Of a DNA stretch of 64,000 nt, positions 8,501-18,444 are shown piece after piece (positions within the stretch are counted from its first letter, which is position 1; the number at the start of each line of letters is the position of its first letter). The DNA comes from Clostridia bacterium. Lineage in GTDB: Bacteria; Bacillota; Clostridia; Oscillospirales; CAG-272. The DNA lies in NCBI GenBank assembly GCA_017466685.1, contig JAFTTS010000065.1:4581-68580 (forward strand). The letters run 5' to 3'. The notes under the pieces are model-generated. The model was not told where the DNA came from. It worked only from the letters and a program-made list of their open reading frames with translations, and did no database searches. Both the position numbers and the translations under genes were made by a program.

Positions 8501-9427
8501 ATGAAAATTTACAGATCTCTCACCGAGCTTATCGGTAAAACTCCGCTTATGGAGCTTGTTAACTATAATTCTTCCGAGTCACTCGGAGCAGATATACTTG
8601 CAAAGCTTGAATATTTCAATCCGGCAGGAAGCGTTAAGGACAGAGTTGGCGTAAAAATGATCGAGGACGCCGAAAAGAGCGGTAAGCTTAAGCCGGGTGC
8701 GACCATAATCGAGCCGACCAGCGGAAACACAGGTATCGGGCTTGCCGCCGTTGGAACTGCAAAGGGCTACAAGGTGATCTTGACGATGCCCGACACGATG
8801 AGCGTTGAGCGTATCAGCTTACTTCGTGCATACGGAGCAGAGCTTATTCTGACAGACGGAAAGCTCGGAATGACGGGAGCTATTGAAAAAGCGAATGAGC
8901 TTGCAGCATCCATTCCCGGAAGCTTTATTGCGGGACAGTTTGTGAATCCCGCAAATCCTGCCGCACACTATGAAACGACAGGTCCCGAGATATGGGATGA
9001 CACAGACGGCAAGGTTGACATTTTCGTTGCAGGTGTCGGCACGGGCGGCACGCTTTCAGGTACGGGACGTTACCTTAAAGAGAAGAATCCGAATGTGAAG
9101 ATCGTTGCGGTTGAGCCTGCATCATCACCGCTTCTTTCAAAAGGAACTGCCGGAGCACACGGTCTTATGGGAATCGGTGCAAACTTCGTTCCCGACACGC
9201 TTGACACTTCGGTTTACGATGAGATCATCTGCGTTACCGAGGAGGAAGCGTATGCGGCAGGACGTAAGCTTGTCAGCACAGAGGGCATACTTGTCGGCAT
9301 TACGTCGGGTGCGGCACTTCATGCGGCAACACTGCTTGCACTCCGTCCCGAAAACAAGGGAAAGGTTATCGTCGCGCTTTTACCCGACACGGGCGACAGA
9401 TATCTTTCAACGCCCATGTATAAATAA
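8501..9427 (+). CDS. cysK: Cysteine synthase A (O-acetylserine sulfhydrylase), copy 1
   Basis: LIGKTPLMEL...AKLEYFNPAGSVKDR...EPTSGNTGIGLA...GVGTGGTLSG. ATG 8501 is preferred over the TTG that opens the ORF at 8468. Confidence 0.9.
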   Translation: MKIYRSLTELIGKTPLMELVNYNSSESLGADILAKLEYFNPAGSVKDRVGVKMIEDAEKSGKLKPGATIIEPTSGNTGIGLAAVGTAKGYKVILTMPDTMSVERISLLRAYGAELILTDGKLGMTGAIEKANELAASIPGSFIAGQFVNPANPAAHYETTGPEIWDDTDGKVDIFVAGVGTGGTLSGTGRYLKEKNPNVKIVAVEPASSPLLSKGTAGAHGLMGIGANFVPDTLDTSVYDEIICVTEEEAYAAGRKLVSTEGILVGITSGAALHAATLLALRPENKGKVIVALLPDTGDRYLSTPMYK

Positions 9428-9475
9428 AAAAATTCACGTTGGCTTGGTTTTTGTGAAGTCAACGTGATTTTATAT

Positions 9476-10213
9476 TTATTGCATAGGAATCATTGCAAAG
9501 AATGACATGAGCACTACGGTTATAAGTCCGCAGACGGCGATCGACAGTCCGCTCATTGCTTCCTCAATTTCACCGAACTCACGTGCACGGGATGTACCGA
9601 TTGCGTGTGCCGACGTTCCGCAGGCAAGTCCCACGGCAACGGGGTGCTTTATTTTGAAAAGCTTCATCACAAGTGCGGCACAGGTGTTGCCCATAACACC
9701 CGTAAAAGCGATGACAGCGGCCGTTACAGACGGTATACCGCCAAGCTCCTCTGCCATTGCGACGCCGATTGCCGTTGTGATCGATTTGGGCAGAAGCGTT
9801 ATATACTGATCCTGTGTGATGCCAAAAATGAGTCCGATCGCAAGGACGCAGGCAACGCTTGTCAGTGCGCCCGATAAGATTCCGCCGATTATCGCAAGCG
9901 GATATTTTTTTAAGTACGCGATCTTTTCGTAAAGCGGTATCGCAAGGCAAACGGTGGTCGGTGTCAGCATTGTCTGGAAGAATGCCGCGCCGGTTCCGTC
10001 ATATCTGCCACCCTCAAGCGGTTTTCCGTAAATGAAGATTCTGTAGTCGATTTTGGTGATGAGCAGGAAGATGATTATAACTGCGCCGCTGATGATAAGA
10101 GGATTCAGCAGTGCAGATTTCGTTTTCTGTTGCAGCTTCAGTGCACCGAGGTATACGAGAGCCGTTAAGAATATCCCGAAAAAGGGAAGTGAAGCGGCGA
10201 TTTCATTTAACAT
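9476..10213 (-). CDS. lrgB: LrgB/CidB-family membrane protein
   Basis: Polytopic membrane protein with an LrgB-like N-terminus LPFFGIFLTALVY. It overlaps the 3' end of lrgA. The start could be ATG 10213 or GTG 10222. Confidence 0.8.
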   Translation of the reverse strand: MLNEIAASLPFFGIFLTALVYLGALKLQQKTKSALLNPLIISGAVIIIFLLITKIDYRIFIYGKPLEGGRYDGTGAAFFQTMLTPTTVCLAIPLYEKIAYLKKYPLAIIGGILSGALTSVACVLAIGLIFGITQDQYITLLPKSITTAIGVAMAEELGGIPSVTAAVIAFTGVMGNTCAALVMKLFKIKHPVAVGLACGTSAHAIGTSRAREFGEIEEAMSGLSIAVCGLITVVLMSFFAMIPMQ

Positions 10214-10577
10214 CACGATCACCGTCCTTTTTGTCGCGCAGACTTATCAGTGCCTGCGAAACGGTTCCCGTGACTATCATGACTATAAGGGTTGAAACGG
10301 TTGCCGTTATTATAATAGGTATAATAAATTTACTGCATTCCGTGAAGCTGCCCATGATACCGACAATGGGCGCGACGAACATTATCGGCATGAGCGTCAA
10401 AAGCCAGTCGCCAACGTCCTTGACGTGCTTCACCTTAACGATTCCCGAGAGCAGGAGCAAGAACATTATAACAAGTCCGTATATACTGCCCGGGATAGGC
10501 AAGGGTATAAAATAATGCAGAAGCTCGCCGAGGAATGAAACGGCGGCTATTATTGTGATTTGGGAAAGGTGTTTCAT
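10203..10577 (-). CDS. lrgA: LrgA/CidA holin-like protein
   Basis: 124-aa protein with four predicted TM segments (IIAAVSFLGELLHYFIPLPIPGSIYGLVIMFLLL), directly upstream of lrgB. Confidence 0.8.
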   Translation of the reverse strand: MKHLSQITIIAAVSFLGELLHYFIPLPIPGSIYGLVIMFLLLLSGIVKVKHVKDVGDWLLTLMPIMFVAPIVGIMGSFTECSKFIIPIIITATVSTLIVMIVTGTVSQALISLRDKKDGDRDVK

Positions 10578-10771
10578 ATGTACTCCGTTTTTATGGGTTT
10601 ATAACAGTATATATTTTATCATTTTTCGGGTGTCATGTCAAGGCGTTCGCAAAATAAGTGATTTTTTACATACGGATGGTGATTTTTACTGTTTGTCACG
10701 ATAAAAGTGTACCAAAATGGTGATATTTATTTGTACACAACGCCAAAAATCAAATAATATGTATATTCCTA

Positions 10772-10829
10772 TTGACAAACACCACAATATATGGTATCAT
10801 GAAAAGGCAACACCCACTATATATTGTGG
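10772..10829 (+). promoter_or_regulatory. nrdDG promoter with two NrdR boxes
   Basis: TTGACA (10772..10777), 17 nt, TATCAT (10795..10800). Box 1 is CCACAATATATGGTAT (10782..10797) and box 2 is CCCACTATATATTGTGG (10813..10829). Centres are about 32 bp apart, and both match the NrdR palindrome acaCwAtATaTwGtgt. Confidence 0.8.
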
Positions 10830-10881
10830 TTTTCGGTAAAAACATCCCCGATTTGAAATTTTATGATACGGAGAAAAAACT

Positions 10882-13056
10882 ATGAAGATAATCAAAAGAA
10901 ACGGCTCTGAGGCAGAGTTCAATAAAGAAAAAATTGCAATCGCCATAACCAAAGCAAACAATGCAGTCGAGGAGGCTGTACGCATAACACCTCTGCAGAT
11001 CGAGCGTATCGTTGAAAGCGTTGTTATAAGCTGTGAATCGCTCGGACGCTCTCCCGGCGTCGAGGAAGTGCAGGATATGGTCGAGCATCAGCTTATGGCA
11101 CACGGCGCTTTTGAGGTCGCGAAGATATATATTACATACCGTTACACCAGAAGCCTTGTCCGTCAGTCGAACACCACAGACGACCGTATCCTTTCGCTTA
11201 TCGAATGTAACAACGAGGAAGCAAAGCAGGAAAACTCCAATAAGAATCCTGTTATCAATTCTACCCAGCGTGACTATATGGCAGGCGAGGTTTCGCGTGA
11301 TATCACTAACCGTATTCTGCTTCCCGAGGATATCGTAAAAGCGCATAACGAGGGTATCATACATTTCCACGATACCGATTATTTCGCACAGCATATGCAC
11401 AACTGTGACCTCGTTAACCTCGAGGATATGCTGCAGAACGGTACGGTCATCACGGGCACACTCATCGAGCGTCCGCATAGCTTTTCAACAGCCTGCAATA
11501 TAGCAACGCAGATCATCGCGCAGGTCGCATCCAATCAGTACGGCGGACAGTCGATCTCGCTGACACATCTTGCACCGTTCGTTCAGGTCAGCCGCGAGAA
11601 GATCACCTGTGACGTTAAGGCGGAAAATGCCGATATGGGACGTGAGCTTACCGACGAGCAGATAAGTGAGCTTGTTGAGCGCAGACTCAAGGAGGAGATA
11701 CGTCGCGGTGTTCAGACGATACAGTACCAGGTTGTAACGCTGCTGACGACAAATGGACAAGCTCCGTTCGTGACAGTGTTCATGTATCTTAACGAGGCAA
11801 AGAATGAGACGGAAAAGCGTGACCTTGCGATGATAATCGAGGAGGTTCTTGCTCAGCGTTATCAGGGTGTTAAGAATGAAAAGGGCGTTTGGGTAACTCC
11901 TGCCTTCCCGAAGCTGGTTTACGTTTTAGAGGAGGACAATATAAACGAGGATGCGCCTTACTATTATCTCACAAAATTAGCGGCAAAATGTACCGCAAAG
12001 CGCATGGTTCCCGATTATATTTCCGAAAAGAAGATGCTCGAATTAAAGGTTGACAAAAACGGCGAGGGACACTGTTACACCTGCATGGGCTGCCGCAGCT
12101 TCTTAACGCCTTACGTTGACGAAAACGGTCAGCCGAAGTATTACGGACGCTTCAATCAGGGTGTTGTAACGCTTAACCTCGTTGACATTGCGCTTTCGTC
12201 CGAGAGAGATATGGATGCGTTCTGGAGAATATTCGACGAGCGTCTTGAGCTTTGTCACCGTGCGCTGATGTGCCGTCACAACCGTCTTAAGGGTACACTC
12301 TCCGATGCCGCGCCGATCCTTTGGCAGTACGGTGCACTTGCACGCCTTGAAAAGGGAGAGGTTATCGATAAACTCCTTTACGGCGGCTATTCAACGATAT
12401 CTCTCGGTTACGGCGGTCTTTACGAATGTGTACGTTATATGACCGGCAAATCGCACACCGATCCCGAGGCGACACCGTTTGCGCTCAAGGTTATGGAATA
12501 TATGAACGCTGCCTGCAAGAAGTGGAAAGCAGAGCATAACATTGATTTCTCGCTTTACGGAACTCCGCTTGAATCGACGACGTACAAGTTTGCGAAGTGT
12601 CTGCAGCGCCGTTTCGGTATAATCAAGGGCGTTACGGACAAGTCGTATATAACCAACTCGTATCACATTCATGTTACAGAAGATGTAAACGCGTTTGACA
12701 AGCTGATATTCGAGGCACAGTTCCAGGCACTTTCTCCCGGCGGTGCTATCAGTTACGTTGAAGTTCCGAATATGCAGAATAATCTCGAAGCAGTCATGCA
12801 GGTCATTCGCTGTATTTACGACAATATTATGTATGCCGAGCTCAACACCAAGAGTGACTATTGCCAGAAATGCGGTTTCGACGGTGAGATCGAGATTCGT
12901 GAGGAAAACGGAAAGCTTGTCTGGACCTGTCCTCAGTGCGGTAATCAGGATCAGGACAAGATGAACGTTGCGCGTCGCACCTGCGGTTATATCGGTACGC
13001 AGTACTGGAATCAGGGACGTACGCAGGAAATCAAGGAAAGAGTGCTTCATTTATAA
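10882..13056 (+). CDS. nrdD: Anaerobic ribonucleoside-triphosphate reductase
   Basis: ATP-cone N-terminus (IIKRNGSEAEFNKEKI). C-terminal Zn site CQKCG...CPQCG and the glycyl-radical motif RRTCGYIG. Confidence 0.95.
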   Translation: MKIIKRNGSEAEFNKEKIAIAITKANNAVEEAVRITPLQIERIVESVVISCESLGRSPGVEEVQDMVEHQLMAHGAFEVAKIYITYRYTRSLVRQSNTTDDRILSLIECNNEEAKQENSNKNPVINSTQRDYMAGEVSRDITNRILLPEDIVKAHNEGIIHFHDTDYFAQHMHNCDLVNLEDMLQNGTVITGTLIERPHSFSTACNIATQIIAQVASNQYGGQSISLTHLAPFVQVSREKITCDVKAENADMGRELTDEQISELVERRLKEEIRRGVQTIQYQVVTLLTTNGQAPFVTVFMYLNEAKNETEKRDLAMIIEEVLAQRYQGVKNEKGVWVTPAFPKLVYVLEEDNINEDAPYYYLTKLAAKCTAKRMVPDYISEKKMLELKVDKNGEGHCYTCMGCRSFLTPYVDENGQPKYYGRFNQGVVTLNLVDIALSSERDMDAFWRIFDERLELCHRALMCRHNRLKGTLSDAAPILWQYGALARLEKGEVIDKLLYGGYSTISLGYGGLYECVRYMTGKSHTDPEATPFALKVMEYMNAACKKWKAEHNIDFSLYGTPLESTTYKFAKCLQRRFGIIKGVTDKSYITNSYHIHVTEDVNAFDKLIFEAQFQALSPGGAISYVEVPNMQNNLEAVMQVIRCIYDNIMYAELNTKSDYCQKCGFDGEIEIREENGKLVWTCPQCGNQDQDKMNVARRTCGYIGTQYWNQGRTQEIKERVLHL

Positions 13057-13577
13057 TGTATTACGGTAATATTAAAAACTGCGATATTGCCGACGGCGTT
13101 GGCGTTCGTGTGACGCTGTTTGTTTCGGGCTGTACCAATCGGTGTGAGCACTGTTTTCAGCCGGAGACGTGGGATTTTCACTATGGTGAGCCGTTCACGA
13201 GGGAGGTTGAAGACAAGATTTTATCGATGCTTGCACCGGGGTATATAAACGGGTTGACCGTACTCGGTGGTGAGCCGTTCGAGCCGTCGAATCAGCGTGA
13301 GCTTCTGCCGTTTCTAAGGCGTGTACGTGAAGCATATCCCGATAAAACGATATGGGCATTTTCGGGATTTACTTTAGAGGAGCTTCGTTCAGACGGATCA
13401 CATCCCAGGTGTGAGGTTACGGATGAGATACTTTCGCTGCTTGACGTGCTGGTTGACGGGCGTTACGAGCACTCAAAACGCAATCTGATGCTTAAATTCC
13501 GCGGCTCATCGAATCAGCGGCTTATTGATATGAAGGCGACGCTCAAAACAGGCGAGATAGTTTTATGGGATGAATAA
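13056..13577 (+). CDS. nrdG: Anaerobic RNR activating protein (radical SAM)
   Basis: DGVGVRVTLFVSGCTNRCEHCFQPETW carries the CxxxCxxC cluster. TAATG overlap with nrdD. Confidence 0.9.
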   Translation: MYYGNIKNCDIADGVGVRVTLFVSGCTNRCEHCFQPETWDFHYGEPFTREVEDKILSMLAPGYINGLTVLGGEPFEPSNQRELLPFLRRVREAYPDKTIWAFSGFTLEELRSDGSHPRCEVTDEILSLLDVLVDGRYEHSKRNLMLKFRGSSNQRLIDMKATLKTGEIVLWDE

Positions 13578-13587
13578 ATATGAAATC

Positions 13588-13617
13588 GGGCACATCATGA
13601 CGGTGTGCTCGTTTTTT
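13588..13617 (+). terminator. Terminator after nrdG
   Basis: Stem GGGCACA/TGTGCTC followed by GTTTTTT. Confidence 0.7.
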
Positions 13618-13729
13618 GTGCAGGGAATAGAGGGGATTATGATTTATAGCAAAAATCTTATTGAAAATAAAAATCGGTTTGTGCTATAATAAAATCAAGA
13701 TAAAAAACTATCCGAGGAGTAAACACAAA

Positions 13730-14722
13730 ATGAAGAAAGTACCGATAAGCTTACAAATAGATGATCCTGCTCCGATAATATCCGTTTATCACGAGCACGC
13801 CACCGTATCAACCACTACCGACGGCAGACCGATCATTCCGACTTTTCCCAATTCCTTTCTCGACAATTTCTGTGACGTTATCGAAAAGCACGGAATAAAG
13901 GGAAAATTCTCGATCGTTCCCATGCCCGGCAACAAGGGCGATATAGTGAACGGTCTTGAGGGAGTTCCGAGGGAGGAGCTTGATTACTGGATGGATACCG
14001 TTAAAAAACGTGTTGCTCCTCTTTTCACAATCGGCCCTGAAATGCTGACTCATCATAAGCCCATTGACCTTGCGACGGGTAAGCCTATTCTCGAAATGAA
14101 CGAGGAAGAATGGTCATTTCTGCAGGATCGTACCACGCTGACACCCTATATCGGCAAGGCGCTCTCCCTCTTAAAGGAAGCGGGCTTCAATCCCATCGGT
14201 GTCACCTCTCCATGGAAATTCGGAATAAAGGTTGAGGATGAATATCATCACGCAATTTCGCAGGCGGTTTATGACGTTACCGGCAGCAAGAATGCATGGT
14301 TCATGACTCGCGGACTTTACGATATGCCAAATGCACGTCCCTGGGTTGAGCTCGACGAGGACGGACGTACACTTGTTTCGATCCCACCGTCACTGCAGGA
14401 TCGCTTCTGGCGAACAATGAACACTACACGCACCGATGACGAATACGTAAATTCCATCGCCGACATGATCATCTCCGAGGACGGTAAAAGCGGCGAAATG
14501 ATATACATTCTCGAAACGAACGGCTTCCCGATAATCGTAACGCATTGGCAGAGTCTTAATTCAAACGGACTTGAAACGGGACTGCGAGTCCTTGACGTTA
14601 TCGCAAGCCGAGTTAATAAACACCTTTCAGACAGAGTCGAATGGATGAGCTTTGAGGAGATAATGAACCTTGTGCTCGCAAACAAGGAAGCCTTCCCGAA
14701 GCCCGAAAACACAGGTAAATAA
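13730..14722 (+). CDS. Hypothetical protein (no family recognised by eye)
   Basis: Long ORF with an AGGAG RBS before ATG 13730 and a TTGAAA-N18-TATAAT promoter at 13661..13690. The ORF track start at 13661 would fall inside that promoter. Confidence 0.6.
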   Translation: MKKVPISLQIDDPAPIISVYHEHATVSTTTDGRPIIPTFPNSFLDNFCDVIEKHGIKGKFSIVPMPGNKGDIVNGLEGVPREELDYWMDTVKKRVAPLFTIGPEMLTHHKPIDLATGKPILEMNEEEWSFLQDRTTLTPYIGKALSLLKEAGFNPIGVTSPWKFGIKVEDEYHHAISQAVYDVTGSKNAWFMTRGLYDMPNARPWVELDEDGRTLVSIPPSLQDRFWRTMNTTRTDDEYVNSIADMIISEDGKSGEMIYILETNGFPIIVTHWQSLNSNGLETGLRVLDVIASRVNKHLSDRVEWMSFEEIMNLVLANKEAFPKPENTGK

Positions 14723-14783
14723 GCCTCCACTATACCAATTGAACCCCAAGGACAGTCACCAAACGACGCCTCGGGGTTCATTT

Positions 14784-15827
14784 TTATTCAAAATATATTG
14801 TTTTGCCGGTTTTTGCCGATTCGTAAATCGCGTTGACGATACGTACGCTCTTTATAGCCTCCATCGGAAGTATCTGCGGATCTGTGCCGGACAAAACAGC
14901 GTCCACCATATTGCGTACCATCGAAGCGTGTCCGGTTACAAGTGTCGGATCCTCACGCTCGGCGATTCTGTTTCCGCCGCCGTAACGTTCGAGCATGTCC
15001 TCCTCTTCCTCTTCTTCATCCTCAGCGTCACGCAGCTTCCAGCGTTTTAATATGTCCGCGTCAGCCTCGATAGTGCCGCCGGTACCGTAAAGCTGTATGT
15101 CGGTGCTGATTCCGGGATAAGCACAGGTCGTTGAAACAAATGTCGCTGCTGCACCGCTTTTGAATGTGATAACGGAAGCTGTCATATCTTCGGTTTCAAT
15201 ATCGTGATTATAAATACCCATGGTTGAATGAACGCTGACAACGTCACCCATAAGCCACTGCATAAGGTCAACCGTATGTACTGCCTGATTCATGAGCGAA
15301 CCGCCGCCGTCCATACTCCATGTACCGTGCCAGCCCTCGTAATAATGAGCATCACGGTACCACTTAACCGCAAATGTCGCAAGCACCATTTTACCGAGTC
15401 TGCCTGCATCGACCGCCTCTTTGATCGGCTTCATGACAGCGTTATTGCGGTTCTGGTGTATAACGCCTGCCGTCATGCCCGTACGGACACGAGCTTCCTC
15501 GATCTTCATCGCCGCTTCGACCGTGATATCGATCGGCTTTTCAACGAGGACGTGCTTTCCTGCCTCCATAGCGCGTACTGCATATTCAGCGTGCATTGCG
15601 CTTGGCAGACAAATGCTGATAATATCTATTTCGGGATCCTTAAGCATACCGTCAAAGCTTAAATAAGCCTTTGTTCCGGGATATGCCTCGAGGACCTTAT
15701 CGCGTTTTTCTTTAATGAGATCGCACACAGCGACAAGCTCACATTTATCATATTTTGCCGCGGCACTGACATGAGCCATACCAACGCCGAGACCGACTAC
15801 TGCATAGCCGAGCTTTCCATTCTTCAT
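14784..15827 (-). CDS. Gfo/Idh/MocA-family NAD(P)-dependent oxidoreductase
   Basis: KLGYAVVGLGVGMAH Rossmann N-terminus and EKP motif (HVLVEKPI). AAGGAGAA RBS before ATG 15827. Confidence 0.85.
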   Translation of the reverse strand: MKNGKLGYAVVGLGVGMAHVSAAAKYDKCELVAVCDLIKEKRDKVLEAYPGTKAYLSFDGMLKDPEIDIISICLPSAMHAEYAVRAMEAGKHVLVEKPIDITVEAAMKIEEARVRTGMTAGVIHQNRNNAVMKPIKEAVDAGRLGKMVLATFAVKWYRDAHYYEGWHGTWSMDGGGSLMNQAVHTVDLMQWLMGDVVSVHSTMGIYNHDIETEDMTASVITFKSGAAATFVSTTCAYPGISTDIQLYGTGGTIEADADILKRWKLRDAEDEEEEEEDMLERYGGGNRIAEREDPTLVTGHASMVRNMVDAVLSGTDPQILPMEAIKSVRIVNAIYESAKTGKTIYFE

Positions 15828-16147
15828 TCTGAGTTCTCCTTGGGACATTTTTTGCCATAATCAGGGTATCATAATTATACTACCTAATTATAAAAAAGTA
15901 AAGAGTTTTTTCAAATAAAGAGTGAAAAACGACATAAAGCTGCAATTAAAGATGGAAAAGTGGATCTTTTCGTTAAGCTCTCATATTGTTTCACGCTTTA
16001 ATGCTGCGATTCCCGAGTGACACAAAAACTCAAAAAAATCGCAATTCTTTGTTCATTTTAACCATTGACAAAATTGCGATTTCGTACTAATATATTATAG
16101 GTCGCGTAAGTACGCGGCAAATTTATTTTTTCGGGAAGTGTTACATT

Positions 16148-17452
16148 ATGGAAGAATTACTTCTTTCTATCTCTTTTGCAATGCTCGTCGGACTTATCCT
16201 CTCGCGTTTTGCAAAGCTCATTTCATTGCCGGCGGTTACCGCTTATCTTGTGGCGGGAATTATAGTCGGCCCCTTCTGCATCGGCAGACTCGGAATAGAA
16301 GGTCTCGGTTTCGTTTCGGACGAAAGCATCAAAGCTCTTTCTATTATTTCGCAGGCTGCACTTGGCTTTATTGCTTTTTCAATCGGAAACGAATTTCGTC
16401 TCTCACAGCTGAAGAAAACCGGTAAGGCAGCCACCTTTATAGGAGTTTTCCAGGCTCTTGCTGCGGCACTCGTTGTTGATTTGGTGCTGATAATTTTCCA
16501 TCTCGTTGCACCTGACGCAATCTCGCTGCCGGCTGCAATTGTTCTCGGCTCGATCGCGACGGCAACCGCTCCTGCGGCAACACTTATGGTCGTCCGTCAG
16601 TATAAAGCAAAGGGTGAGCTCACTGATCTGCTGCTTCCCATTGTTGCTATCGATGACGCTGTGGGACTGATCGTTTTTGCGGTTTCGCTCGGTATAGGAC
16701 GTGCGTTTGAGCAGGGACACGTTGACATTATTTCGATTGTTGTAAATCCGATTATCGAAATCGTCGGATCGCTGGTTCTCGGCGCAGTCATGGGCGTTAT
16801 ACTCACATTTATTGAGCGTTTCTTCCATTCGCGTTCCAAGCGTATGTCAATGGCGATCGTGTTCGTTTTCCTCACCGTTGCGCTTTCGATGCAAAAATTC
16901 CACTTCGGTAATATTGAAATCGGATTCTCGTCACTGCTTGTCTGCATGATGCTCGGAACTGTATTCTGTAATCTCTGCGACTATTCAGCGGAGCTCATGG
17001 AGCGTGTTGACGGATGGACAACTCCGCTGTTTATAATCTTTTTCGTGCTTTCGGGCGCAGAGCTTGATCTTTCGGTCTTCGGAAGCCTTATGACAGTTTT
17101 GATCGGTGTCACATTCCTTATTGCACGTGCGCTTGGCAAATGGGGCGGTGCAGGTCTGAGTGCGAAATGGATGAAGTGTTCACCAAGTGTTTGCAAATAT
17201 CTCGGCATTACGCTTCTTCCGCAAGCAGGCGTTGCACTCGGTATGTCTCTTCAGCTCGGCGGCTTGAGCGATTATGACCAGGGTCTGATACGAAACATCG
17301 TGCTTTTCTCGGTTCTGATACTTGAGCTTTTCGGCCCGCTTGCAACAAAGATCGCACTCACCAAGGCAGGCGATATCATCCCCGAAAACAAAACAAGTGC
17401 TCGCGGTATTATACCAAGCAAGCACCACGGACCTCATCCGAAGCAGAAGTAA
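16148..17452 (+). CDS. Cation:proton antiporter (Na+/H+ exchanger family), paralog 1
   Basis: Polytopic membrane protein with LPAVTAYLVAGIIVGP, characteristic of CPA-type exchangers. Paralogous to 55097..56485. Confidence 0.8.
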   Translation: MEELLLSISFAMLVGLILSRFAKLISLPAVTAYLVAGIIVGPFCIGRLGIEGLGFVSDESIKALSIISQAALGFIAFSIGNEFRLSQLKKTGKAATFIGVFQALAAALVVDLVLIIFHLVAPDAISLPAAIVLGSIATATAPAATLMVVRQYKAKGELTDLLLPIVAIDDAVGLIVFAVSLGIGRAFEQGHVDIISIVVNPIIEIVGSLVLGAVMGVILTFIERFFHSRSKRMSMAIVFVFLTVALSMQKFHFGNIEIGFSSLLVCMMLGTVFCNLCDYSAELMERVDGWTTPLFIIFFVLSGAELDLSVFGSLMTVLIGVTFLIARALGKWGGAGLSAKWMKCSPSVCKYLGITLLPQAGVALGMSLQLGGLSDYDQGLIRNIVLFSVLILELFGPLATKIALTKAGDIIPENKTSARGIIPSKHHGPHPKQK

Positions 17453-17510
17453 ATATAACAAAAGGGAACTGTTTTTTACGGCAGTCCCCTTTTTTTGTGA
17501 AGCTTATATC

Positions 17511-17765
17511 TTATTTGAAATACAGCACACGAAAATCCTCTCCCAGCATCTCGTCGAACACCTCGAATATAGGTTTTGCACAGTCGCTTGCGTCGGCTGT
17601 GTTTTTTATTATCACCGCCGTGGTGGGCGCAAGCTCTGAGAGACAGTCTGCAAGGGCATCGAGGTTTTTTCCGTAATAAGCAGGGAAGTCAAGGCTTGCT
17701 GCGATATGCTCGTGTGCATCGGGCTTTGAGGTGAATTTTTTTGCGTCGATGATGATTATTTTCAT
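17511..17765 (-). CDS. Barstar-family ribonuclease inhibitor
   Basis: FPAYYGKNLDALADCLSE matches the barstar YGRNLDALWDCL signature. GGAGG RBS before ATG 17765. Lies 11 nt downstream of the barnase-like gene. Confidence 0.85.
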   Translation of the reverse strand: MKIIIIDAKKFTSKPDAHEHIAASLDFPAYYGKNLDALADCLSELAPTTAVIIKNTADASDCAKPIFEVFDEMLGEDFRVLYFK

Positions 17766-17776
17766 TTTGTCCTCCC

Positions 17777-18325
17777 TCATTTCTCGCCGTAAAGCAGTGT
17801 GAACGATTCATAGTGGTCATCGGTGTAATATATGAGTCCGTCATTTGAATAAACGATACGCTTCGCACCGCGGCTGTCTTTACCGTTTGTGTCGATGTCA
17901 CATTCGTAATATGTTCTGCCGTCGGCTCTCGGAAGCAGTCCCTCACGGTTACCGAATACGTCTCCGCCGATTGCCGCACCCTCAAGATAACGCTCGACCG
18001 ATCCGCCTTCCCAACCGAGCTCACGTGCCTCGGATTTGGTTATGAAGTTTGACGGAAGCTTTGCGTAAATGTTTATATAACTTGCAACCTCGTCCCTGCT
18101 GTAGTATGAGCCGTTTTCATCAAGTGCTAACGTGGAATCCGATTCTTTTTCGGTGGTGTCGTCGAGTGATTCTTCGATGAAGCCGGTCGTGTCGCTCGGT
18201 GGGGTGTAATCTGTAATCTCCGTGTCTGCAATGTCGGAGCAGCCAAGCATTGTAAAGAGCATAAACAGGCTGAGTATGATCGCAAGTGCGCGCGGAGCTG
18301 CATTAAGTAATTTTCTTATGTTCAT
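17777..18325 (-). CDS. Barnase-type guanyl-specific ribonuclease with a lipoprotein signal
   Basis: KLPSNFITKSEARELGW...IGGDVFGNREGLLP...GRTYYECDI...RIVYSNDGLIYYTDDHYESF aligns with barnase. N-terminus MNIRK...LFTMLGCS is a lipobox. ATG 18325 has an AAAGGA RBS. Confidence 0.85.
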   Translation of the reverse strand: MNIRKLLNAAPRALAIILSLFMLFTMLGCSDIADTEITDYTPPSDTTGFIEESLDDTTEKESDSTLALDENGSYYSRDEVASYINIYAKLPSNFITKSEARELGWEGGSVERYLEGAAIGGDVFGNREGLLPRADGRTYYECDIDTNGKDSRGAKRIVYSNDGLIYYTDDHYESFTLLYGEK

Positions 18326-18444
18326 TTTTTTGCGTCCTTTCGTTATGTTTATACGATAATTATACAATATTTTTATCCGCGTGTCAATAAGTACGGCTTG
18401 ACAAGCGACGCTTCCGAATGTTACAATAATACCGAGGTGATGAC

